From an uncultured bacterium (GTDB lineage Bacteria > Patescibacteriota > Minisyncoccia > Phycocordibacterales > DATDWN01): a DNA stretch of 64,000 nucleotides. The notes below the pieces were generated by a model, which searched no databases, was not told where the DNA came from, and saw nothing but the letters and a program-made list of their open reading frames with translations. Shown here piece after piece: positions 1-8,278 of this stretch. A program made the position numbers and the translations under genes. The number at the start of each line of letters is the position of its first letter. The first letter of the stretch is position 1. The DNA is taken from positions 8,455-72,454 of the forward strand of contig CAVSGX010000004.1 in the NCBI GenBank assembly GCA_963727715.1, written 5' to 3'.

Positions 1-780
1 ATTGTTGGAGAATGTTGATGATGCTGTGGAGAAGAGACCGTTGAATCCGATGACTGTAGATGTGGAGTTGTAACCTGAATTAGAAGTGAATGGAAAGACT
101 TGACCTGACAGTGTTGAAGTGGAAATGGTTTGCACCAGTCCGTTTGATCCGAGGTAGTTAAATCCTTGTGAGAGATTGGAAAGGTAGAGATTGTTGGAGA
201 ATGTTGATGATGCTGTGGAGAAGAGACCGTTGAATCCGATGACTGTTGATGTGGAGTTGTAACCGGTGTTGACGGTGAATGGGAAAGCGAAAGATGATTT
301 GGAGTTGAGTATGGTTTGCAAATCATTTCCGTTCAGTGAGATTGTTCCGGCTAGGAGGTTAGTTGTGCTTGCTGTCAGGAAAGAAGAGTAAACAGTGGAT
401 GATGAGTAGTTAAAGTTCTGCAAGACTGTCCAGGTGTTGGTGTGATTTAGAGCAAGTCCCAAATCCGAAACTGAAGCTGAACCGTTGTATGATGTTCCTG
501 TCAAAGAAGTGTCGTGCGAGAGAGAGTAGAGACTTCCACCAAGTGAGACACCAGAGATGGTGGAGTTGGCTAGAGCGGAGTTAGGTAGATTCAAAGATGA
601 AGTGGCAATAGTCTGAACTAAACCATTTGAACCGAGGTAGCTAAAGCCTTGGGTAAGATTGGAGAGGTAGAGATTGTTGGAGAATGTTGATGATGCTGTG
701 GAGAAGAGACCGTTGAATCCGATGACGGTTGAGGTTGAGTTGTAACCGGTGTTGACGGTGAATGGGAATGAAAAATTTTG
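1..780. repeat. Imperfect tandem direct repeats (unit starts at about 1, 191, 671; 55-nt cores almost identical) inside the large surface-protein gene
   Basis: attgttggagaatgttgatgatgctgtggagaagagaccgttgaatccgatgac occurs at 1, 191 and 671 with similar flanking sequence. Confidence 0.7.
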
Positions 781-2655
781 ATAGTCCGTGCCAAGTATGG
801 CCGGAATAACTGAACCGTTGGCATTTGTTTTGAGCAGAGAAGAAGTGATGTTGGTGATGGCTAGGTTTGTGGTGGTGGAATTATTCGCTGACAAATTTGT
901 GATGAAAGCATTTGTTGTTGTGGAATTGTTGACCGACAAATTCACGCTAAACAAATTTGTTGTGGTCGCGGTTGTGCCGGAAGCGGTTTGAAAATTAAGA
1001 TTTTGCACAGTTGTGGAACCTGTCACCAAAAGATCAGCCAGTGTAGTTGACCCAGTCACAGCAAAATTACCGCCGATTGTCTGACCGCTGGTAACAAGAG
1101 AACCAACAGTTAAAGATCCACTAACATTTGCATTGCCAACAACATCAAGCGCGTCTTGCGGTGTGGTTGTGCCAATACCGACATTGCCACCAAATGTTGC
1201 TCCACCACTAAATGTTCCAGAACTGGCGGAAAGGGTTACGACCGACAAGGAATTCGTGTCAATGCTTATCATGTCCTTTATCGAACCCCCGTTTATCGTC
1301 GGCGTATTGATTTGTGTACCAGTCAGCTGATCAATCCGTTGGGTGCCAGCAATTTCATTGTAGATATTGTTTACACTGCCACCACTGCCAGTGGATAATT
1401 GGGCGAACTGAGATGTGATTTTGTTTTCTAGTTCTTGCAGGCGTAAATTTAATTCATCACTTGATATGCCAACCACTGTTGGCTGTGAAATTTTTTCAAT
1501 AATGGTTGTGACTACTTGCTTTGATTGATTCGTTGATTTGGCAAAATTATTTTTCAAAACAATTGGTGTTTGAGATATTTGAGCAATAAACGGAGATTTG
1601 TTTGGTATGACAATGGTTGTAATCTTTGAATTAAATAATTCGGCCAGTGGATTATATATGCCAGAATAGAAAAGATTATTAAAATAATCATAAACATACA
1701 CTCCGGTCCGATCTACCGAGGTAAGAGCTTTGTGTTGTGTGGTTGGAGAAAATACATTGGCGGTCAATTCCTCGGTGCCATTAACCACATTTTTTGTTTC
1801 TGTATTGACAAATGACAATGTGCCGACAGAATTGGAAACAAAAGAAAAAGTTTTAAAATAGGCTAGACTCAACTGACTGCCGGAAAAAGATAAGCTGTTG
1901 TCAACTAAACTTCTTTCAGTTTTAGAAAAACCGATTATGTTATTGACAACATAGAGAGGAGGATTTTTAACAAAAATTTTAGCCCCATCGGTTAACGCTG
2001 AGCTAGAGTTTATAATAAAATCTCCGGCAAAAATAAGATTTTTTGATAATTTGTCAGAGTAAAAATTTGTCAGACCATTTAGACTTCTGTACAAAATAAA
2101 AGGCGAATCTGAAATATCCTTTGAAATTTCCGGATAATTTGCCAATAGATTACTTGATGCTTTTGAAACAACTCTGGCTACAGAGTTAGATATCTTGGAT
2201 GCATCGGAAGCAAGATTTGCAATTTGATTTTTTGTGGAAAAAGCCCCAATTATCAAAACCAAAAACAAAAAAGCGGTGATGATTTTGTTTGAAAGATTTA
2301 GATTGTAGGAGAATATTCTATTGTGAGATCTCTTGACATATTTTGGTAATCCAGATTTCCCGAATGAAGGTAAAACGGGTATGCTGGGTAATTTCTCAAT
2401 TATTTTCTTTTGGTAAGATACCGCTTTCCTGGGTTTTTTGGGAAGAATTTGCAATTCGGACAAGGATTCTGCGCCAAAATTTTTATAATTGATGATAGAT
2501 TCCTTGTTCACATACCATGTGTGACCAATCTTCTTAGCATCAATTTTATCTGACCTGCAAAGTTGCCCAATGTAGTCACTTGTGTACGAAGTGATTAGGG
2601 CTGCATCTTTTGCAGAAATGTATTTTTTATTTTCAAAAAATAATTCAGAACTCAT
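1..2655 (-). CDS. Very large repeat-rich surface protein, 5' part only (runs off the window at coordinate 1). N-terminal excisionase-type HTH (HTH_17-like), one TM helix, then a Ser/Thr/Asn/Gly-rich extracellular region with ~60-80 aa tandem repeats
   Basis: Hand translation of the minus strand from ATG at 2655-2653 gives MSSELFFENKKYISAKDAALITSYTSDYIGQLCRSDKIDAKKIGHTWYVNKESI..., then a hydrophobic segment IITAFLFLVLIIGAFS, then a long open frame. Tandem DNA repeats start at about 1, 191 and 671 and encode NTGYNSTSTVIGFNGLFSTASSTFSNNL-type units. The supplied ORF track has no complete ORF here, consistent with an ORF truncated by the window edge. A TATAAT box lies just upstream of the ATG. 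Confidence 0.55.
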   Translation of the reverse strand, partial: MSSELFFENKKYISAKDAALITSYTSDYIGQLCRSDKIDAKKIGHTWYVNKESIINYKNFGAESLSELQILPKKPRKAVSYQKKIIEKLPSIPVLPSFGKSGLPKYVKRSHNRIFSYNLNLSNKIITAFLFLVLIIGAFSTKNQIANLASDASKISNSVARVVSKASSNLLANYPEISKDISDSPFILYRSLNGLTNFYSDKLSKNLIFAGDFIINSSSALTDGAKIFVKNPPLYVVNNIIGFSKTERSLVDNSLSFSGSQLSLAYFKTFSFVSNSVGTLSFVNTETKNVVNGTEELTANVFSPTTQHKALTSVDRTGVYVYDYFNNLFYSGIYNPLAELFNSKITTIVIPNKSPFIAQISQTPIVLKNNFAKSTNQSKQVVTTIIEKISQPTVVGISSDELNLRLQELENKITSQFAQLSTGSGGSVNNIYNEIAGTQRIDQLTGTQINTPTINGGSIKDMISIDTNSLSVVTLSASSGTFSGGATFGGNVGIGTTTPQDALDVVGNANVSGSLTVGSLVTSGQTIGGNFAVTGSTTLADLLVTGSTTVQNLNFQTASGTTATTTNLFSVNLSVNNSTTTNAFITNLSANNSTTTNLAITNITSSLLKTNANGSVIPAILGTDYQNFSFPFTVNTGYNSTSTVIGFNGLFSTASSTFSNNLYLSNLTQGFSYLGSNGLVQTIATSSLNLPNSALANSTISGVSLGGSLYSLSHDTSLTGTSYNGSASVSDLGLALNHTNTWTVLQNFNYSSSTVYSSFLTASTTNLLAGTISLNGNDLQTILNSKSSFAFPFTVNTGYNSTSTVIGFNGLFSTASSTFSNNLYLSNLSQGFNYLGSNGLVQTISTSTLSGQVFPFTSNSGYNSTSTVIGFNGLFSTASSTFSNN

Positions 2656-3173
2656 CCACTAAATTATACAATTTTTTATCATCCGAGAATACAAAAAACT
2701 GTGGATAAATAAAGATATATCGGATAATCTCGGCAAAACGAGTTTATCAATTTTTTTATCAAATTTTATCTAAAATTTTTCCAAATTTTAACCTATTTTA
2801 CGAACCGACAAAAAGAGCCCTTTGGATCAACCTAAAATGATATTCTCGGATCTTCTCGGCATTCTAAATGACCCAAACCTTGTCAAGTTTTAGTCAAAAT
2901 TCTAATAGATTTATCAAATAAAGACATTTTTGTGGTCAAAAACCCTATAAACACTTGTTGATATTTGCCAATTGATATATAATTAATATGTAAAGGTTAT
3001 TTTGAGATGAAAAATGTCTGAATTATTTTTCAATTAACAAATAAAAAACTTTAAAAATGTTTTTAATCTAATTTTTACAGAGTTGTTAGATAAGAACATT
3101 TGTATTCTTTCTTATTATTTAATATCATGTATAATATAGTTTAGTAAGGTTTATAAATGTTAACAAATAGAAT

Positions 3174-3419
3174 ATGGCTAATTTATATATTACAATTAAA
3201 CAAGCTTCAAAAATTTTAGGTGTGTCAGCTATTACTCTTCGCAATTGGGATAAAAACGGTAAACTCAAGGCCCACCGCCACCCAATGAACAACTATAGGG
3301 TCTATAAGATTGAGGATCTAGAGAAGGTTATACAGGAAATTGAGACTAATGCCGGTTTGCGTAAAAGCACTAAACAACAAATCCATAAACTTATTGTCAA
3401 ACACCTGGAAGAAGAATGA
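3174..3419 (+). CDS. MerR-family HTH DNA-binding protein (N-terminal HTH domain only, 81 aa)
   Basis: ILGVSAITLRNWDKNGKLKAHR...NNYRVYKIEDLEKV matches the MerR N-terminal HTH pattern (..TLRyYe..GLl.p.r...gYRlY..edl..l). It is transcribed divergently from the large surface-protein gene. Confidence 0.6.
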   Translation: MANLYITIKQASKILGVSAITLRNWDKNGKLKAHRHPMNNYRVYKIEDLEKVIQEIETNAGLRKSTKQQIHKLIVKHLEEE

Positions 3420-3442
3420 TGAATAACTGAGCCAACACATAC

Positions 3443-3476
3443 AAAAAATACCGCCTAGGCGGTATTTTTTGTTTTG
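3443..3476. terminator. Bidirectional intrinsic terminator between the convergent HTH gene and gatB
   Basis: aaaaaataccgcctaggcggtattttttgtttt: a GC stem (ataccgcc/ggcggtat) flanked by A-run and T-run. Confidence 0.55.
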
Positions 3477-3485
3477 TCATTTGTC

Positions 3486-4910
3486 TTACTTATTCAATAT
3501 TTCCAAGATGATCTTTTTCAAAATCTCCGGGTTAGCGCTACCTTTGCTTGCTTTCATCCCCTGCCCCACAAAAAACTGCAGAACCGATTCTTTACCGGAT
3601 TTATAATCGGCAACCACTTTTGGGTTTTCTAAAATTATTTCTTTTATTATTTTATTTAATTCTTCTGAATCATTTTTCTGAATTAAATTTTTCTCTTTGA
3701 CAATTTGTTCTGGCTTCCCACCAGATTCAAACATCATTTTCAAAATATCTTTGACCCCGCGAGAAGAAATATTTCCTTTCTTTTGCATTAAAATAAGTTG
3801 TTTAAAAGTAGTCGGAGTCACTTTACCGAAATCAAAATTACTTTCTCCAAAAGATTTTGAAAGACCCAATAAGTCGGATGTAATGTAGTTTGAAAAAGTT
3901 TGTAAAATATTTTTATCGGATATTCCTGTGGTTGCCTCTTCAAAAAACGTCGCTACTTTCGGGTTGTTGATGTAGACTTCCACATCTTCTTTTTTCAACC
4001 CTAAATCAGTCTCAAATCTTTTTCTTTTTTGCCATGGCAGTTCCGGCAATTCAGCTTTTAATTTTGCAATAGAAAATTCCGGTATTTCTGAAATGATTAA
4101 TTTTGGCAGATCCGGTTCCGGAAAATATCTGTAATCATGAGCAGATTCTTTTGATCGTTGGGAAAAAGTAATGCCTTTATTTTCATCAAAACCGCGAGTT
4201 TCTTGAACGACTTTTTCTCCCCTCTGAAGAAGAGATTTCTGTCTTTCAAATTCATATTCCACAGCCCGGCCTGCAGACCTAAAAGAGTTTATATTTTTAA
4301 CCTCTACTTTTGTGCCGAAAATATCAGAGTTTGAAATGGAAATATTTACTTCCACTCGCATTTCACCTTTTTCCATATTGGCGTCGGAAACTTGTAGGTA
4401 CTGTAGAAGCAATTGTAATTCTTGAGCAAACTTCATCACCTCTTCGGCTGAATGAATAACCGGTTCAGTTACCAGTTCTAGGAGTGGCACGCCGGCTCTG
4501 TTGTAGTCTACCAAACTGATATCCTTTGTATCGTGACTGGACCTGGCTGTATCTTCTTCAAGGTGGACGCGAGTCAACTTCACCCCGCATAGTCCCCCAC
4601 CGGAAACCAAAGGATATTTATACTGGCTGATTTGATAGCCTTTCGGTATATCCGGATAAAAATAATTCTTGCGATCAAACTCGGTAAAATCAGCCAAGTC
4701 GCTGCCGAGAGCTACGCCAACAAGCAAAACTTTTTTGACCGCCGATTTATTTATAACCGGCAAGGTGCCGGGATAACCCATACATATCGGACAAATATTT
4801 ATATTAGGTTCTTTCTCGTCCGGCACATTCAGACAACCACAAAACATCTTGGTTTTTGTCTTCAGTTCGGCGTGAATTTCCAGCCCAATAGTTATTTTGT
4901 AATCCTCCAT
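3486..4910 (-). CDS. gatB: Asp/Glu-tRNA(Asn/Gln) amidotransferase subunit B
   Basis: 474 aa; MEDYKITIGLEIHAELKTKTKMFCGC... has the typical GatB N-terminus and C-terminal GatB/YqeY domain. Confidence 0.9.
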   Translation of the reverse strand: MEDYKITIGLEIHAELKTKTKMFCGCLNVPDEKEPNINICPICMGYPGTLPVINKSAVKKVLLVGVALGSDLADFTEFDRKNYFYPDIPKGYQISQYKYPLVSGGGLCGVKLTRVHLEEDTARSSHDTKDISLVDYNRAGVPLLELVTEPVIHSAEEVMKFAQELQLLLQYLQVSDANMEKGEMRVEVNISISNSDIFGTKVEVKNINSFRSAGRAVEYEFERQKSLLQRGEKVVQETRGFDENKGITFSQRSKESAHDYRYFPEPDLPKLIISEIPEFSIAKLKAELPELPWQKRKRFETDLGLKKEDVEVYINNPKVATFFEEATTGISDKNILQTFSNYITSDLLGLSKSFGESNFDFGKVTPTTFKQLILMQKKGNISSRGVKDILKMMFESGGKPEQIVKEKNLIQKNDSEELNKIIKEIILENPKVVADYKSGKESVLQFFVGQGMKASKGSANPEILKKIILEILNK

Positions 4911-4921
4911 ATGGAGTTATA

Positions 4922-5890
4922 TTACATTTTTTTCAAAATTTTTACCAGGTTTTCAGAAAGTTCTTTGACTGATTTATCGTCCAAAATAGAGACACCAAGA
5001 ACCGTCTTTTTTTGTTTTTCAAAAAGTTTCTGTCTAGCTTTAAGAGTCTTTTCGTCTATCAGATCTGTTTTGGTCAATAAAATGACCTCTGGTTTGTTCA
5101 AAAGCTCTTTATCATAAGCGTTTAATTCATCCTTTATCGTTTTATAAGCCGTTAAGGAGTCGTCAAATCCGCATGAAATGCAGTGTAGGAGCATCTTAGT
5201 GCGCGAAATATGTCTTAAAAACTTGTGGCCAAGCCCCTTTCCTTCCCCAGCACCTTCAATTAGACCCGGGATATCAGCAATAATATACCCATAAAGATTA
5301 CCGAGGTTTGGTGTGAGTGTGGTAAATTGATAACTGCCAACTTTGGCATTGGCATTTGTAATTGAATTGAGTAAACTGGACTTACCAGCATTTGGAAACC
5401 CTACTAAACCTATATCAACAATCATTTTTAACTCAATAAAGAATTGACCACTTTGACCATCTTTACCAAGGGTTCTTTCTTTAGGATTGATATTTTTTGA
5501 GCCCTTGAAATGAGCATTACCGTAACCACCATTGCCACCTTTCAAAAAGAATATTGGTTTTTCTGTCAACACCTCAATCTCGTCACCCATTTCGGTATTC
5601 TTTAAAACACTACCAAGCGGTAATTCCAGTATTAAATCATTCCCTGCCGCTCCATGCATACAATCACTTTTGCCGTTTTCACCATTTTCGGCCTTAAAAT
5701 CCTTTATGAAGCGATAGGCTGAGAGACGAGCAATATCTTGAACGCCCTTCAAATAAACATCACCGCCACGACCACCATCACCTCCACCCGGCCCGGCGTG
5801 ATCAATACCTTTGGTGTGCATCCAAGACACTACGCCGTCGCCACCGCGACCGGCAGATATATTAAGAGTTATCTCATCAATAAAAGCCAT
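4922..5890 (-). CDS. obg: GTPase Obg
   Basis: Glycine-rich Obg fold N-terminus (RGGDGGRGGDV), G1 motif GFPNAGKSS, G3 DIPGLIEGA. Confidence 0.9.
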   Translation of the reverse strand: MAFIDEITLNISAGRGGDGVVSWMHTKGIDHAGPGGGDGGRGGDVYLKGVQDIARLSAYRFIKDFKAENGENGKSDCMHGAAGNDLILELPLGSVLKNTEMGDEIEVLTEKPIFFLKGGNGGYGNAHFKGSKNINPKERTLGKDGQSGQFFIELKMIVDIGLVGFPNAGKSSLLNSITNANAKVGSYQFTTLTPNLGNLYGYIIADIPGLIEGAGEGKGLGHKFLRHISRTKMLLHCISCGFDDSLTAYKTIKDELNAYDKELLNKPEVILLTKTDLIDEKTLKARQKLFEKQKKTVLGVSILDDKSVKELSENLVKILKKM

Positions 5891-5966
5891 GGAAACACTC
5901 TAACAGAAAAACAGACAAAAAGAAAACTCTTTTTAAGAGTTCATGGATTTTAAAAACGAAATAGAA

Positions 5967-6518
5967 TTAGTGACTGGTTTTTTTATCGTGTTTGTAATAA
6001 ATAAATTTCAGTGCAATTATATAAGCGAAAACAGTAAACGACATAAACGGTATGGTAATGTATGAATATTCCAAAACAAATACCTTGGCACAGGCGCTAC
6101 CTACCGCGGTGCAAGCGAAAAGCGAACCGCCAAAACCCCACTGGACAATTGATTGGTAGAGAGAAATAATCGCTCCGAGAATGGAGAGTGGTACAAGATA
6201 GTCAATTATCCCTTTATCTTTACGACGCATTGCCACAAAAAGTATGATGGCTTGAGGATACATAAAAATGCGTTGCCACCAGCAAAGATCACATGGCGGG
6301 AAGCCGATAATATTTGAATAAACTAAAGAGCCGACAACAGCAGATAACACAGCCCAAAAAAGAAGTTCCAAAATATATTTGTGAACGAAAGCCGAAAGAC
6401 GCACTCGTGTGCCGGCGTGAACAAGCATAGCGATCAAAACTCCGACAAAAATAATGTTTGAAAGTAAAGTTAAAAATCCGATAATCGGCGTGGCGTTTGT
6501 TTGGATAAATGTAATCAT
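5967..6518 (-). CDS. Disulfide bond formation protein, DsbB/BdbC family membrane protein
   Basis: Polytopic membrane protein; CDLCWWQRIFMYP closely resembles the Bacillus BdbC CVLCWYQRIAMYP CxxC loop. Confidence 0.6.
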   Translation of the reverse strand: MITFIQTNATPIIGFLTLLSNIIFVGVLIAMLVHAGTRVRLSAFVHKYILELLFWAVLSAVVGSLVYSNIIGFPPCDLCWWQRIFMYPQAIILFVAMRRKDKGIIDYLVPLSILGAIISLYQSIVQWGFGGSLFACTAVGSACAKVFVLEYSYITIPFMSFTVFAYIIALKFIYYKHDKKTSH

Positions 6519-6522
6519 ATTT

Positions 6523-6900
6523 TTATTGTGGCAATGGACACCCTGTTTTTTGAGTAAGATCGGAAAGTTGTTCTACACCTGGTGTTGTGCTGGTTGAGTT
6601 TGGAAATTGCCAAGTTGGGTATTCAACAATTCCTTTGTCCTTGCAAGCTTGGGTCTGACTCTGACCATCTGGAGTAGAACATTCTACGTAAGGAAGCAGG
6701 TGTACAGATGAACCAAACATAGCTTTCTGTTCCTGACAGTGTGGACACCAGAAAGCACCGTAAAAAACCGCCCCACTGTTTTTAATACAAGTGGCAAAGC
6801 TGTCATATTTCCCAACCGTCACCCTCGGCGGAGCAACAATAATATAGACAACACCAACCAAAACAACCAAACCAATTAAAATATAAAGAATTTTTTTCAT
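6523..6900 (-). CDS. Thioredoxin-fold thiol-disulfide oxidoreductase, DsbA-like (CPHC active site), membrane-anchored
   Basis: N-terminal TM/signal anchor; AFWCPHCQEQ is a CxxC thioredoxin motif identical to the DsbA CPHC site; adjacent to the DsbB-like gene. Confidence 0.65.
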   Translation of the reverse strand: MKKILYILIGLVVLVGVVYIIVAPPRVTVGKYDSFATCIKNSGAVFYGAFWCPHCQEQKAMFGSSVHLLPYVECSTPDGQSQTQACKDKGIVEYPTWQFPNSTSTTPGVEQLSDLTQKTGCPLPQ

Positions 6901-6960
6901 ATAAATATATTATAATAACGTGCCATTTATAGTAGCACACCTAAAAATTATTTCCATTAT

Positions 6961-7599
6961 TTAAATGAGATTCCATTCTAAAATTAGACTGGTTTTTCTG
7001 CTGGACTCGGCTACCAAGTCTATTGAATCTACGGTGAACTTCTCCACACTAAGCATAAAAGATATTTTATCTATTATTTGGCCCATAGAGTTTTTCTTGT
7101 CCGGCAGAAAACCCAGAGTGATGTGGGGTTTGAAATCGGTTACATACGGATTGCCGTATTTTTTCAAACTTTCCACCTGCTTTTGATTAAGCTGAGAAAT
7201 TCTTTTTTCATAATCTGGATCAAGACGATCCCCTTTAAAAGGCTCTACGGCAGCCAAAATTTTCTTCTGCAACCTGTCCAAATCAGGATTGTTTTTTATT
7301 TCCACATATAAAAGCCCAAAAGAGAAAGATTTCATTTCGGAAATCTGACATTCAATTTTTGGCTGGCTAACTAAAATTTCGTCTAGAGCGATTTTGATTT
7401 TCTCCACATTGCCGGTCGGCACCGAAAGATCATAGAAATTAAGATGGGGTTTCAGATGGTCGGAGTAAGCCATGCCGGCCGACAGTTCACGAACTAGATA
7501 GTTGTTTATTTTCTTCAAATCAAAAAACAAAGCTGAATTTTCTTTAATCACAGCCGACACGCCAAGCCATTTGTAATTCGGGTCTATTTCATTTTTCAT
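6961..7599 (-). CDS. Hypothetical protein (weak resemblance to 2H phosphoesterase: HITLGF motif)
   Basis: 212-aa ORF with coding-like composition; only one clear H-x-T-x motif, so the 2H/LigT assignment is tentative. Confidence 0.45.
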   Translation of the reverse strand: MKNEIDPNYKWLGVSAVIKENSALFFDLKKINNYLVRELSAGMAYSDHLKPHLNFYDLSVPTGNVEKIKIALDEILVSQPKIECQISEMKSFSFGLLYVEIKNNPDLDRLQKKILAAVEPFKGDRLDPDYEKRISQLNQKQVESLKKYGNPYVTDFKPHITLGFLPDKKNSMGQIIDKISFMLSVEKFTVDSIDLVAESSRKTSLILEWNLI

Positions 7600-7605
7600 T
7601 TTGAA

Positions 7606-8277
7606 TCATTTTATGATTTCTATAATTTTATGACCTTTATGATAACCACCATTTTTGTCACCATCCAGTGTGTTGAAAATTTCAAACGGAGTCAAACCAA
7701 CAGACGGTTCTTCTTTTTTATTTTTATCGTCGTCGTGAAATAAAATTTCGTCAGACAATGGATATAATTTGTAGTCATATCTTGTTTTTTTAATTCTTAA
7801 TGTCTTTCCGTTATGAATCACAAAATAAATTGATCCGTTCTCTGTTCTGAAGACGTACAAAAATCTGTCCTTAACACCTATCAGCTTTTCAATGAATTTT
7901 TCGTATAACTTATGAGCATCTTCAAACATCTTGGCAGTTCCACTGAATTTATCCTCAATACGCTGTAAATCACTTTTAAAAACTTCAACCATTGACAACA
8001 ATTCCGATTCTTCCAAAAAATTTACTGCTTCAAATTTATTTCCTTCTTCAACTTCTTCCCAAAAATAATATGGCTCATCGGGCAGTTGGGAAGGCTCGTT
8101 AACATTATACTTTTCAAGAATTTTCCATCTGGAATCCCACCCCGGGCCAGGGCCTTTTTCCGGCGTGTGGTGCGAAAAAAACTGCCGTAAAGTATAGCCA
8201 CTAAAAACTTTGCGGTACTTTACACCATCAACAATTCTCTCCTCATTTCCTTGAATAAATTGTGGTTCTTTTTCCAT
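7606..8277 (-). CDS. Hypothetical protein (start chosen at MEKEPQ..., since the longer ORF would overlap secA by about 100 bp)
   Basis: ORF track 7606..8382; the internal Met at 8277 abuts the secA stop (8279-8281). Confidence 0.45.
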   Translation of the reverse strand: MEKEPQFIQGNEERIVDGVKYRKVFSGYTLRQFFSHHTPEKGPGPGWDSRWKILEKYNVNEPSQLPDEPYYFWEEVEEGNKFEAVNFLEESELLSMVEVFKSDLQRIEDKFSGTAKMFEDAHKLYEKFIEKLIGVKDRFLYVFRTENGSIYFVIHNGKTLRIKKTRYDYKLYPLSDEILFHDDDKNKKEEPSVGLTPFEIFNTLDGDKNGGYHKGHKIIEIIK

Positions 8278-8278
8278 A

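Noticed and set aside
618-1398. Short ORFs 618..824, 788..991, 1133..1330, 1156..1398
   Set aside because: They are embedded in or antisense to the long minus-strand open frame of the repeat-rich surface protein, and their sequences are low-complexity read-throughs of the repeats.
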